A stretch of DNA of 64,000 bases from a virus. The position numbers and the translations under genes were made by a program. The DNA lies in the IMG/VR virus record IMGVR_UViG_3300043185_000079; one strand, 5' to 3'. The notes under the pieces were generated by a model. That model was not told where the DNA came from, searched no databases, and worked only from the letters and a program-made list of their open reading frames with translations. This document shows positions 27,716-37,581 of this stretch, in pieces; position 1 is the first letter of the stretch; the number at the start of each line of letters is the position of its first letter.

Positions 27716-28189
27716 TCAGGCACGATCGGGTTTCCGTCTCGTGGCTGGGTCGGTGTCTGCGGCTCGCGCGCGCTCGACGGCCGTCTGCAGCTGCTTCTCC
27801 TGGTATGAGGACAGGCTGGACATTGCCGACATGGCCGACAGCCTCGCGTGGTCATCGACCGCACGTTCCTGCTCTCGCCTGTCGAGGACTGTCCGCTGGA
27901 CGGACGCGCGCACGGCCTGCATGATGGCCATCATCTCGATCGCCGAGCCCCACATCTCCGTCGCGAAGCTCGGCCGATCGTGCTCGTATCGTCGGAAGAC
28001 TTGGCGTGGGATGCCCGCTTCTTCCATCCCTTCGTAGTAGACGGGATGCGTGGTCCCGCACCTGTAGATTTCACCATCGACGCGGAGCAGAGTGTCACGA
28101 CACCACGAGTCGAACCACGCGTCGGTCTCGTACTTCGCAGGATCGAAGTCTCTGCGGGTCTTGCAGTACTCGTAGGATCGCTGCTTCAC
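27716..28189 (-). CDS. hypothetical protein
   Basis: 157-aa ORF in the minus-strand block. Confidence 0.6.
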   Translation of the reverse strand: MKQRSYEYCKTRRDFDPAKYETDAWFDSWCRDTLLRVDGEIYRCGTTHPVYYEGMEEAGIPRQVFRRYEHDRPSFATEMWGSAIEMMAIMQAVRASVQRTVLDRREQERAVDDHARLSAMSAMSSLSSYQEKQLQTAVERARAADTDPATRRKPDRA

Positions 28190-28367
28190 GGCAGTGAACT
28201 AACACAACCACTATTTTGGTACCCATACCCTCTGGATGGTCCAGGGACCATTTCCGTGCCGTCGAAGGACAGTTCGGGCCTGTTGGACGGCGGACACGGC
28301 CTCGGGGGCGATAGGCGCCGGGACGACGGCGAGCAGTTCTGCGAGGGCTTGGAGAGCCTGGAGCGTG

Positions 28368-28709
28368 TCAGAGGAGCTTGATGGGAGGCACGTACCCGTC
28401 CAGCTCGGGGGGCTCTGTGGACTCGGGTTCTGGAGCTTTGACGGGCCGGGGATGCGTCGGGACTTGGCGAGTTTGCGCATTGCCCGGTGCGTCTCGTGGA
28501 TTCTCGGGCCCGTCAAGTTCTTCGACATTTTCAGCCTCCTGCTCTGGCTCGTCCTCGCTGACCAGGCCGGGAGGTGGACCGATGTTCTCGATGATCCACT
28601 TGGTGACGCAGTTGGACATGGTCAGACCGTGGGCTTCGCAGTGAGCCCGCAGGTGGCGATACATGGTTCCGGTGATGCTGATGCTCTTGCGCGTCTGTTT
28701 GCGGGCCAT
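28368..28709 (-). CDS. ribbon-helix-helix-like protein with acidic/Pro-rich tail
   Basis: RKSISIT...Y..L...C...G..MS..V pattern; GGAGG RBS. Confidence 0.65.
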   Translation of the reverse strand: MARKQTRKSISITGTMYRHLRAHCEAHGLTMSNCVTKWIIENIGPPPGLVSEDEPEQEAENVEELDGPENPRDAPGNAQTRQVPTHPRPVKAPEPESTEPPELDGYVPPIKLL

Positions 28710-28710
28710 C

Positions 28711-29283
28711 CTATTCCTCCGCAGTGGCCGCGCGCGACGGCCGGTTGCGCTTGAAACTTACGCGAGGTGTGAGTTCGACGCGCTCCACGGCATCGAAGAG
28801 GATTTGCTGCTGCACCGGGTCGCTCACGGCCACCACACGCTCCTCGTACTCCTTGCGCGGCGTGAATGTTGTGACCTCCTCGAAGAATAGCGAGAATTGG
28901 CTGCCGAGCCGCAACCGAATTTCTTCCATGTCCTTGCCCTTCGGCACGCGGAGGACAGCGTTGGGGACGAGAACGGACGCTTCGCCGAGATCGTCCCCGA
29001 GGAATGTGTGCGTCCCGACACGACCATCGAGTTGCTTCATAGTCTCCGCCCGCAGTTCTTCCTTGATCGAGTCGAGAATCTTGTGCAGGGAGTCGTCGAT
29101 CTCCGACAGAACGGTGCCGACTTCGGTCTTCGTGGAAAGAGATTCAGTCTCCAGGATTTCACGGACCTGATCGAGCGCCTCGAGCAGCACGCGATGAGCT
29201 ACCTTGGTGTCGAGGGTCGGGTCCCGGGCCTTTCGCGACTTTCCCGTTCGCGATCCGCGTTTGTCATGGTCAGCATCCTTCAT
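28711..29283 (-). CDS. hypothetical protein
   Basis: Biased ORF, ATGA-coupled to the upstream gene. Confidence 0.7.
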   Translation of the reverse strand: MKDADHDKRGSRTGKSRKARDPTLDTKVAHRVLLEALDQVREILETESLSTKTEVGTVLSEIDDSLHKILDSIKEELRAETMKQLDGRVGTHTFLGDDLGEASVLVPNAVLRVPKGKDMEEIRLRLGSQFSLFFEEVTTFTPRKEYEERVVAVSDPVQQQILFDAVERVELTPRVSFKRNRPSRAATAEE

Positions 29284-30110
29284 GTCTTTACTTCTACGCC
29301 GGTGGGCTGGAAGACACATCCGGGATGGAAGATACCCTTGCTCTTGATCCACAAGGCTCTCGACTTCGCCGGCATCTGGCCACCACAGTGCTCGCACAAG
29401 GAGTCCAGGTCGATGACTGCTTCCCTGGTGGTTTCTCCGTGGCCAAGGCGATACGGTTTCTGAGGCGATCCTCGAACGTGTCCGCCCAGGTCCTGGATAG
29501 TCTGGATCAGCTCGGCCACGGACGAATCGATCTTTGCACTTTTCTTGGCCATCGTCGCGCGCGCGTGGGCGTCGGTCTTTTCCTCGGCGAGGATCTCCGC
29601 CGCGATCTCAGCTTTGTGCAGCCACCTGGCCTCGACACAGACGGGCGCCAGGCGGCACGCGGCACAGACCTTGTTCGCGGGCAGCCAGCCGCCGAAGCAC
29701 GGCGTGCGAACGACCGCGAGCGAGCGAATGTAGGGGTCCGCGTAGGGATTGTCGTCGAGCATGAGTGGTACAGCTTCGGACATCGCCTTGGCGTCGACCT
29801 CGACGGCTATCCCGTCCTGGGTTCGGTGGAGACATGATACCCCCGTGGGGGTGAGTCGCCAAACACCCTTCCGCACGTAGTCGGTGAGTCCCCGATCCCG
29901 CATGCTTCGCATCGCCAAGCTGATCGAACGATGGGTCTGGAGAGTGCCGTGCGCCGACGTGCCGAACTGGTCCTCCTTGACGCCGATGCGGGCACACACG
30001 GGTCCGAAGGTGGCCTCCATCTTCACGCCTTGTCCGACGTCGAAGTCCGAGAGTTCGCCCAACACGGCGAGAAGGTGCATCTCGTAGTCCTTGGGAGTCA
30101 AGTGGGTCAC
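29280..30110 (-). CDS. Mrr N-terminal-like wHTH plus Zn-finger protein
   Basis: LLAVL..L...ISLA...MRDRGL....KGVWRLTPTG; Cys clusters downstream. Confidence 0.65.
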   Translation of the reverse strand: MTHLTPKDYEMHLLAVLGELSDFDVGQGVKMEATFGPVCARIGVKEDQFGTSAHGTLQTHRSISLAMRSMRDRGLTDYVRKGVWRLTPTGVSCLHRTQDGIAVEVDAKAMSEAVPLMLDDNPYADPYIRSLAVVRTPCFGGWLPANKVCAACRLAPVCVEARWLHKAEIAAEILAEEKTDAHARATMAKKSAKIDSSVAELIQTIQDLGGHVRGSPQKPYRLGHGETTREAVIDLDSLCEHCGGQMPAKSRALWIKSKGIFHPGCVFQPTGVEVKT

Positions 30111-30114
30111 AGCT

Positions 30115-31341
30115 TCAACTCCTCATCCACAGCTTCAACTCCTCATCCTCACGCACCCCAACCACAGGTCCGCGGGGGAGTCCGCCGTCCCTGATATGGG
30201 GGTCGACGAGCGTCAGCGCTTGATTGCGATTCTGCTCGTCCGGCAGTCCGTCAGCGTAGCTCATGAACCCCTGGCGCAGCAGATCCCTCGGGAGTGTCTG
30301 GGAGTACTGCAAGATGTCCTCGCAGTCCCCGATCCACGTGCACAAGTCGCGGTGGCTGAACTCGCCGAAGAGGTTTTGCTCGTCCACGGCCTTGCGCAGC
30401 GCACTCACGGCCGCGCCGATGGCACCGAACATGTGACCGCACCGCTCGTCGAAGATCGGGAACTTTGCTCGGAGGACGGGTTCCTCATCATCCCACGCGA
30501 GCTGATGGAATTTCACCTTTCGCTCGATGCGGTTGATGATCGAGCTGTCGAGGACGTTGGCACTGATGCACTTGCCCGACGCGTCACCTCCGCCCATAGT
30601 GTTCGCCGTGATCACGATGCGCGTCCCAGGCAACACCGGGTACGTCTCACCTCTTGGACCCTTGACGCGCCCCTGGATCGTATCGGCGACGAGTCGGATG
30701 GCTTCGGCTTGCGAGCGCCCCGCTCGGTCGAAGTCGGACAGGAGCACGAGCATGGGCACATGGCGCCCCGTTGGGCTCTTGTAGCCCTCCACGAGAGCCC
30801 GAAACAGCTCGCCGAACTCCCACCCCGTGCCTCCGGCACTGAGGGTCTTGTCATAGAACCAGGTCAGGATGTCCACGTCGGGGTTGATCGGGAAGATCGC
30901 GCTCGGCGTTCGGGTCAGCGCGCACACGGCCGACGGCAGCGCGTCCTTGCCCGCACCCGTAGATCCCCAGATCCACGTGCTTCGCCCGGCTCGGAAGTAT
31001 CGAAGCGCCCGCGCGACGTCTTTGCCCAGATCGCCAGCCGTGGGGAGGCGGTAATGCGCGGGGAGAGGCAGGCAAGCGCTCTCCGGCACGTCCCAGTTCA
31101 CGGGGAAATCTACGTTGCCGATGCGAATGCGAAGTTCTGAGGGATCGGGCGCGCGGCGCCGGCGGAGCCGCGATGCCCAATCTGCGTGGCGTCGGGTAAT
31201 CTCCGGCGACTCGACCGGGGCATCGGGAAACTGCGTCAGGTATGTCTCGACGGACATCCTGTGGATCTCGGCGAGGTGGGGGGCGAGGAGGAGGTGTTCC
31301 TCCCCGTCCAGCTCGCAACGGACTCTCTGTGCGGTCGGCAT
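30115..31341 (-). CDS. MoxR/CobS-like AAA+ ATPase with N-terminal Zn/MucR-like module
   Basis: Walker A GSTGAGKD, Walker B LLSDFDR, ITANT.G.G sensor, LD.S.INR. Confidence 0.9.
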   Translation of the reverse strand: MPTAQRVRCELDGEEHLLLAPHLAEIHRMSVETYLTQFPDAPVESPEITRRHADWASRLRRRRAPDPSELRIRIGNVDFPVNWDVPESACLPLPAHYRLPTAGDLGKDVARALRYFRAGRSTWIWGSTGAGKDALPSAVCALTRTPSAIFPINPDVDILTWFYDKTLSAGGTGWEFGELFRALVEGYKSPTGRHVPMLVLLSDFDRAGRSQAEAIRLVADTIQGRVKGPRGETYPVLPGTRIVITANTMGGGDASGKCISANVLDSSIINRIERKVKFHQLAWDDEEPVLRAKFPIFDERCGHMFGAIGAAVSALRKAVDEQNLFGEFSHRDLCTWIGDCEDILQYSQTLPRDLLRQGFMSYADGLPDEQNRNQALTLVDPHIRDGGLPRGPVVGVREDEELKLWMRS

Positions 31342-31355
31342 GCGTCCCCAGGCCC

Positions 31356-31421
31356 GTACGACGCGGGCTCAGGTTTTACACTCCCGACGACGGCCGTGTA
31401 AAATGGCCGAAGGAAGCGTAC
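31356..31421. promoter_or_regulatory. back-to-back class II promoter motifs
   Basis: Minus-strand GTGTAAA-N14-CGTAC at 31381-31356 and plus-strand GTGTAAA-N14-CGTAC at 31396-31421. Confidence 0.8.
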
Positions 31422-31429
31422 GATCCGTC

Positions 31430-33820
31430 ATGCCGCGCGAAGCCAGGCTGCCGGACACCTTTCCCGGTGTCAGGTACTGCAAAACCATGCAGGCGTCTGT
31501 GGACGCAATCCTGTTCCCGATGGGCATTTCACGCCGTGTCGTGTCCTTCGGGCGCCGGTTCCTCAACGTCGATGCCTGGACGGGCCAGAAGTTCGTGGAC
31601 TCGCTCTGCGCGTTCTGGTCCAAGACGCCTCGGCACATGCCAAGCGCGGCACAGGTGCAAGCGATGGTGGCGGAGGCCAACGGCTTCCGCTGCGCCAACC
31701 CGCATATTCTGGTGGCCGCGATGCCTACCCGAGTGAGCCACCGTGTTGTTCTCGCGATCATTGGCGGCGGCTATCACGAGGCATGGCACACCAAGTACAG
31801 CAAGCGCGACGCCATCAAACTGCACGAGATCAAGGACGCACTGAGTGTCGCTGCGGGGCTCGTTCACGAGGGCGGGGCATGGGACGCCAAGACGCGCGGG
31901 CTACTCGTGACCCTCTCGAAGATCATCGAGGACATCAGGATTGAGCGACGAGGCAACGAGGACTTTCCTGGGGCCCTCCAGCCGATGCGAGACCTTCAGG
32001 ACTTCATTCTGGGCCAGGAGGCGAAGGCTCGCTCTGGCGATCGTGAGGACGACGAGGACACGTCCAACGACCGCTCAATCCTGTTGTGCTGCTTTCGAGA
32101 CCTTGGACTCGGCTACAACACGGAGACAGCGAGGGCCACGCTCCAGTGGTACCGCGAGTCCGCTCCCAGTGTGGTGTCCATGTTGGCCGACGGGGGGTTG
32201 TTGGCTCCGATGCTCGTCGAGGCCAAGAATCTGGCGGCGGAAGACAAGATGGGAGCGTTGCGTGTCGCCGCGAAGATCGTCGTGGCTCTCTGGCGTGCGT
32301 CACAAGCGAAGGACCGCCCAAATCCGGAGTGCCCGTCGTGTGGTGCGGACGCGAGCCAAATCGAAATCGGTGCTGCCATGGACGCCGAGGGCAAGAAGAT
32401 CCGCGGGCGAGGCGAGTTGCGATGTCGGGCGTGTGGTTATCGGCACGAGTTCGATCTCCCCGACGTGTCACTTAATCTCAATCAGCAAGATCAGAAGGAC
32501 GCTGTGCAACCCGAGATCACCGACGACCTCAACCCCGAGGATGTGGGTGCGGGTCAGGACGGGTTCGGAGACGACGTCCGCGAGGCTGTCCGGGACAGCC
32601 AGAATTCCCCGCAGGATGTCGAGACCCCGCCTCCGTTGCCTGTGGTGCCGGTCGTGCCGCCATCGCGTGCGATTGACGAAGGCGAGGATCCCGAGGTTCG
32701 TTCGGGGGAGGAAATGAGCGAAGGAGCGGACGAAGAGTCTGCAATTGGCCCTTCCTTCGACCTCGGGTGGGAACCGACGAGTCAGCTCGCGGAGCAGATC
32801 CTGTCGGGTTCTGGGGAACCTTTGAACAGCTCGAGCATCGCGGATGTGTTGGCGCAGGAAATCGACCGAGAGCATGAAGACCTGCAGCGTGGCGAACTGC
32901 CGTGGTGCCCCCTCAATCCTTCGCTCGACGAGGCAGCCTTTGTGCAGCCTGCGACCACCGACGAGGAGGTCGCGAATCAGCTTCTCTCCGAGGTGCAGGA
33001 AGAAGTAGTGTACCTCCGTGCGCGCTTGCGAACGATTGTGCTGGCACAGGAGATGGTCGACACGTCACACGGCTTCAGGAAAGGCCGTCGCTTGTCCTCC
33101 AGGATGCTCGTGGACAGCCACGTCGAAATTTTGGCGAACTCGTCTCCGAGCCGTGCCTATGTGAATGCCGAAGCACGAACCGACACTAGCCTCGCTCTGG
33201 CCGTGTGCCTCGACGAGAGCGGATCAATGCGAGGTCAACAGCGGGTCGTCGCCCAGTGCATGCTCCTCTTGTGCGACGCTGTGGAGTCCGTGCAAGGGAA
33301 GACAATGGCCTTCGGATTCAGAGACGCATGTCAACGTGCGGACGTCCAGCCCGAAGATGGCCGGGAGTACCATCGAACGACCGGTGTCCGCTACGACGTG
33401 TTCAAAGTGTGGGAGGAGACACTGTCGGCTACGAAGCGGCGCTTCGCGTGTACCAAGGCGGATGGGAACACTCCGATGGCGGACGGCGTGCAATATGGCC
33501 TGATGTCGCTCAACGATCGTCGAGAAGCGCATCGAATTTTGGCGGTGGTGACTGACGGAGAGCCAGACCATTCCCACGAACGGGTGATCCAGCGTCAGTG
33601 TCGGCTTGCTCGAGAGGCTGGAGTCCACGTTCTCGGCATCGGCATCGGCCACGAAGCCCGCTACGTCAAGCACATGTTTCCCGATCACGTCCATGTGGAT
33701 CGCCTCAACGATCTGCCCGAGCAGCTGGTGGCCAAGATGAACGATCTGTGCGACTTCACGGGGCGGTTCCGTGGCAGTCGGGTGCACTTGGATGGGGCCA
33801 TCACGAGACACCTATCGTGA
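31430..33820 (+). CDS. CobT-like VWA-domain protein with HExxH motif and Zn ribbon
   Basis: YHEAWH, IEDIRIE, CPSCG..CRACG, acidic linker, MIDAS LDESGSM, GNTP, VVTDGEP. Confidence 0.9.
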   Translation: MPREARLPDTFPGVRYCKTMQASVDAILFPMGISRRVVSFGRRFLNVDAWTGQKFVDSLCAFWSKTPRHMPSAAQVQAMVAEANGFRCANPHILVAAMPTRVSHRVVLAIIGGGYHEAWHTKYSKRDAIKLHEIKDALSVAAGLVHEGGAWDAKTRGLLVTLSKIIEDIRIERRGNEDFPGALQPMRDLQDFILGQEAKARSGDREDDEDTSNDRSILLCCFRDLGLGYNTETARATLQWYRESAPSVVSMLADGGLLAPMLVEAKNLAAEDKMGALRVAAKIVVALWRASQAKDRPNPECPSCGADASQIEIGAAMDAEGKKIRGRGELRCRACGYRHEFDLPDVSLNLNQQDQKDAVQPEITDDLNPEDVGAGQDGFGDDVREAVRDSQNSPQDVETPPPLPVVPVVPPSRAIDEGEDPEVRSGEEMSEGADEESAIGPSFDLGWEPTSQLAEQILSGSGEPLNSSSIADVLAQEIDREHEDLQRGELPWCPLNPSLDEAAFVQPATTDEEVANQLLSEVQEEVVYLRARLRTIVLAQEMVDTSHGFRKGRRLSSRMLVDSHVEILANSSPSRAYVNAEARTDTSLALAVCLDESGSMRGQQRVVAQCMLLLCDAVESVQGKTMAFGFRDACQRADVQPEDGREYHRTTGVRYDVFKVWEETLSATKRRFACTKADGNTPMADGVQYGLMSLNDRREAHRILAVVTDGEPDHSHERVIQRQCRLAREAGVHVLGIGIGHEARYVKHMFPDHVHVDRLNDLPEQLVAKMNDLCDFTGRFRGSRVHLDGAITRHLS

Positions 33821-34119
33821 GCGACAAGAAACCACCTCCAGACTCCCCGGGCAACATCCGGGGACGCATGCTAGTGCTCGGCGATCATGCTCGGCGGGCG
33901 GCGGCCGCCGAGGCCCGTGAGGGAGGCGACTCCGAGAGGGCGTTGGCGAAACACATGAAAGAGATCGAGCCGGCACTAGAGGATCTCAGGCGTCGACTGA
34001 CGAAGTGCAAGAGCCCCCCGAAAAACACTGACCCGAAGATCGAGCGGGGGTCATCCACCAAGCTGGACAAGCCGGGTGCCAGCGAACAGAGCTTGATCGA
34101 TATGCTCGATGATCTCTAG
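33817..34119 (+). CDS. hypothetical protein
   Basis: GTGA coupling with the VWA stop. Confidence 0.6.
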   Translation: MSDKKPPPDSPGNIRGRMLVLGDHARRAAAAEAREGGDSERALAKHMKEIEPALEDLRRRLTKCKSPPKNTDPKIERGSSTKLDKPGASEQSLIDMLDDL

Positions 34120-34417
34120 CCGCGTCGACGTGCAGGCCGGTGCCGCCACCGATCTCACGGTGGCCTCGCGCTCTCCGGCTCCGGCCGTCGCCTTTCTCTA
34201 CCTGGCCTGGAAGATGGGCGCAGATCGTCGGGCGAAGCGTTCTCGGACGCGAGGGGCGGTTGTTCGACGCACAGCTAGTGGTCGATGTACGCCTTGGCTC
34301 AGCGGCACCAGTAGATCTCTGGATCCGTGCCTACGACTCTTATTCCTCGTGAATGGCGCCGGATTGCTAGAGAGGGCCCTCGGCGGTAATTGGCTTATCG
34401 GGGGCCAGATCGTGAGA

Positions 34418-35788
34418 ATGGCCGAGGCCGACCACACAGAGCACTACTTCACCGTCCGCGGCCGGGGCTTCGACCAGAAGAGCTGGAGGACGATCCTGTC
34501 GGTCGTCCGTCAGATCGTGGATGATGCTCGCGAGAACGGTGTTGACGCGACGCTCGAGGGCGACGCTCGACGAGTCATCGTGTCCCCTTCGGGCGAAGGA
34601 ATGCCGCTCGTGATCTGGCGGACGGGCCAGCCCAACATCCCGGAATGCGTCACGGCCACGCCCCCGTTCGACGCCCTCGTCGAGAGCGTGCTCTCCGGGG
34701 TCAAGAAGATCGCCCCGGACATCTTCGAGATGACATCACCGGATGGACGGGACTACCGTCGGATTTTCGCCGACCAGGCAGCCTCGAGAAAGCAAACAGC
34801 CATGACGACCGAAGAGATCATCAGGAAGGCTGCCATCAGAGTGGCTGCCGGCACCCAGGACAAGGTGCTCAAGAGGGAGCTGCTCACCATCTTGAAGGAC
34901 TCCGTCGAGCACTGCGGGGACGAGGGGTGCGCGAGCGAAGAGAAGGAATCTCGTCACGAAGAGGGTAAGTCGGTCGACATCGGGGACTGGCTCCGCGACC
35001 ACGGGTACGAGGAAGCCGCAGACAAGTGGGAGAAGCATGAGGGCAAGATCGAGGAAATCGGCAAGTCGGCCTCCGCGGTCGTCTTTCCCGAAATCCGAGA
35101 TCTCGCGTGGCGCTACGTGCTGGAGTTCTCCGCCGCGAAGCCGACGTCGAAGCTCGCCGCCGCTTCGACCGCGACAAAAGCCGCCGCCGCGGAGCGTATG
35201 GCCAAGAAGTGGATCTCCGACGCCATCAAGCGTCCGGGTCGGGTGCACGAGTATCTCGGGATCCCCGAGGATCAGACGATCCCGATGGCGAAGCTCGACG
35301 CGGCCATCGAGAAGGTTAAGGCCACCGGCAACAAGTCGCTCCTGGCTGCTCTACAACTGGCCAAGCGCCTGAAGGGGATGAAGAAAGCGGCGGCCCCGGA
35401 CAAGGCTGCGGCGAAGTGGAAGACGATGCCCAAGGGGTGGACTGACGAGTCTCGCAAGAAGTTCTGGGAGTCGCTCACTGGTCGGTCCCCGAAGCACAAA
35501 GTCACCGCGTGCATCAAGAGGATGGAGGGCAACGTGTCGGACGCCGGAGCGTTCTGTGCTGCCCTCGCTGATCGTGTCCTCGGCACGACCGACTGGCGGG
35601 GCGAGGACCGCACGGCCCGGGCCAATCCGTTCGACAACGACCGGGTTCGGGCGAGGATCGCATCGACCAATCCGTGGATATCGTACGCGGAAATGGTCGA
35701 TCTCTGTCCCTCGTGTGCAGAACGGATGCACAACCATGGGATCACGCGGATCCACGCCAGTGTCATCCGCCGACTACTCGGCGCTTGA
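34418..35788 (+). CDS. polyprotein-like modular protein with multiple [RK]xA junctions
   Basis: GGTA-N6-TTAT upstream; IIRKAAIRVAA..KRELL motif; modules KKWISDAIKRPG.. and AKWKTMPKGWT.. each follow an RxA or KxA site. Confidence 0.7.
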   Translation: MAEADHTEHYFTVRGRGFDQKSWRTILSVVRQIVDDARENGVDATLEGDARRVIVSPSGEGMPLVIWRTGQPNIPECVTATPPFDALVESVLSGVKKIAPDIFEMTSPDGRDYRRIFADQAASRKQTAMTTEEIIRKAAIRVAAGTQDKVLKRELLTILKDSVEHCGDEGCASEEKESRHEEGKSVDIGDWLRDHGYEEAADKWEKHEGKIEEIGKSASAVVFPEIRDLAWRYVLEFSAAKPTSKLAAASTATKAAAAERMAKKWISDAIKRPGRVHEYLGIPEDQTIPMAKLDAAIEKVKATGNKSLLAALQLAKRLKGMKKAAAPDKAAAKWKTMPKGWTDESRKKFWESLTGRSPKHKVTACIKRMEGNVSDAGAFCAALADRVLGTTDWRGEDRTARANPFDNDRVRARIASTNPWISYAEMVDLCPSCAERMHNHGITRIHASVIRRLLGA

Positions 35789-35804
35789 CGGGTAGCGTCC
35801 AGAC

Positions 35805-36218
35805 ATGGACGCTCCGTGGCCCAAAGGAACGCACGTGGACTACTCGGCCTTCGTGATCGAGGTCCACGTTCGCCGCAGCCATGACGGAACGATGGCTTGC
35901 CACCGGGGGCTGCAGGACGCTACGGACGTGGCAGTCACCACTTCCCTCCGATCAGGGGGGATGGAGGAGGGCGCATGGGCTCTTCTCACCGAGGCGGTCC
36001 GAACCGAGGTAATGCTCCAGCTCCTCGTGAAAATGACTAAGGACGCGGAATTTCACGAGAAAACCCTAATCGACCCGGACGCAGAGGAACAATTGAAAGT
36101 AGCTCTCGCGGAGACTACTATGGAGCTGATGGACCGCGAGTTGCGTGGGATAATCCCCGGTGTAGTCCGCGACACCATCAAGGTTCTCCGCGATGGACTC
36201 AGAACCCAAGTCGGGTAG
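35805..36218 (+). CDS. hypothetical protein
   Basis: GG-TAGCGT-N6-ATG. Confidence 0.7.
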   Translation: MDAPWPKGTHVDYSAFVIEVHVRRSHDGTMACHRGLQDATDVAVTTSLRSGGMEEGAWALLTEAVRTEVMLQLLVKMTKDAEFHEKTLIDPDAEEQLKVALAETTMELMDRELRGIIPGVVRDTIKVLRDGLRTQVG

Positions 36219-36465
36219 AAGCGAGGAGGCGACCTTGTCCCTGCTCGGAGCAATTCGTGAGCGTCTGAAGCCCATTCTCCTGGGGCGGTGGCGCGCAGCT
36301 CGGAAACAAGTTTCCGACAGGGTCGCGCGTGACGGCTTGACGGCACGAGAACAGAGGCTCTTCTTCGGGGGGTTCCAGGAAGGTTACTGGCGCGGAGCCC
36401 GCGACGTGACCACGATCAGTCCGTCGGATCTTTGTCCGCGAGACCGCTCGGGCCAAGTTCACTAG
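36193..36465 (+). CDS. small hypothetical protein
   Basis: An internal GAGGAGG suggests a TTG start near 36235. Confidence 0.45.
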   Translation: MDSEPKSGRSEEATLSLLGAIRERLKPILLGRWRAARKQVSDRVARDGLTAREQRLFFGGFQEGYWRGARDVTTISPSDLCPRDRSGQVH

Positions 36466-36727
36466 CGCCACTCTCAGCCTTGAGACGACGAGAGATGTGC
36501 AGCTTGGCCTGCACGCGCTCGACCGCAACAGTCCACTCCCCGTTCGGAAGACGGACGCGTTTCGCGGGTCGTCGGATTATCTTGAAGGTGCCAAGGGGGG
36601 TCCAGACCTTCTCGCCTTCCTGGCACATCATCACGATGTCGGGGAACACATCGAGAACTTGGCGCACCTTTGCTGGATCGACACCTGTGGCTTCGGAGAT
36701 CCGAGCAAGAAGTTCATCGTAGGGCAT
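36416..36727 (-). CDS. HU/IHF-family DNA-binding protein
   Basis: ELL..ISE.TG....V..VL....GEKV...GTF....R..K.VR.P.GE pattern. Confidence 0.8.
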   Translation of the reverse strand: MPYDELLARISEATGVDPAKVRQVLDVFPDIVMMCQEGEKVWTPLGTFKIIRRPAKRVRLPNGEWTVAVERVQAKLHISRRLKAESGASELGPSGLADKDPTD

Positions 36728-36805
36728 TCTTCTGCGTTGGGGGGTGAAATAGGGGCGCTAACAGCGATAGTTCGCCTATGGGGGCGGGCCCGATAGGGTC
36801 CGCCG

Positions 36806-37579
36806 ATGAGCAAGACTCAATCTACCGAAGACCAAATTGTTCGGCGCTTCGCCACTCGTCGTCTCGTTCGCGAGATGGTCGCGGACGGCGCGCGCATCGC
36901 CACGCGTCCGGCATCGCAGGGGCGTGACTACCGACTGTGGCAGGCCCTGTGTCGCATCGCTGATGAGGCGCCGGAGATTCTCGAGATGGTCCGCTCCGGG
37001 GAGGACCTGGAGCCCTGGCAAGAACATCGTCTGGAACTCGCGGCCGAGTACATCGACTCCGTCCACGACTCGCTCACCTGTCGACTCGACGCGAGTCCCG
37101 ATCCGGTCGAAATGGAAGTCGAAGAGGTACGGACCGCTGGCGCCCTGGACAACGCGGACGACACGTGGCCCAGTGAAAGCGACGACGTCCACACCCGAGC
37201 CGTTTTGGTCGCCCTCGACAGCCTCCTGGCTACGAACGAGATCGATGCCCAGGGGCGCGACCTGTTGCTGCGCCGGATGTTGGATCGATCGCGCCGTGAC
37301 CTGGGGGCCTCCAAAGTCCAGCAGGCACGGGTTCTCGCGGGGCGGATGCTGAACATCCTGGGGCGAATCGAATCTACCGGTCCTGTCAAGGCCAGGGCAG
37401 TCGCTGCAGTCGCTCTCAACGACATCGCATCATCCTCTCAACCGTGGGCACAGCAGCTCGAGAAGCCCATTACGTGGCTGGCGACCTACTTGTGGCGCCA
37501 GCTCGGACCGGAGGACCGGAGAGATGCCGCGCTTCTTCGCGCCAAGATCATGAGGGTGGCTCAGACCAGAGCCGAGTAG
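36806..37579 (+). CDS. modular hypothetical protein with IVRRFA leader and LRAKIMRVA tail
   Basis: GATA-N6-CTAT at 36766-79, then a 9-bp hairpin, then ATG. Confidence 0.7.
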   Translation: MSKTQSTEDQIVRRFATRRLVREMVADGARIATRPASQGRDYRLWQALCRIADEAPEILEMVRSGEDLEPWQEHRLELAAEYIDSVHDSLTCRLDASPDPVEMEVEEVRTAGALDNADDTWPSESDDVHTRAVLVALDSLLATNEIDAQGRDLLLRRMLDRSRRDLGASKVQQARVLAGRMLNILGRIESTGPVKARAVAAVALNDIASSSQPWAQQLEKPITWLATYLWRQLGPEDRRDAALLRAKIMRVAQTRAE

Positions 37580-37581
37580 TC

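Noticed and set aside
25284-30110. Methyltransferase plus Mrr-like gene as a restriction-modification system
   Set aside because: The Mrr-like protein shows only the N-terminal wHTH, with no nuclease motif; the methyltransferase looks orphan.
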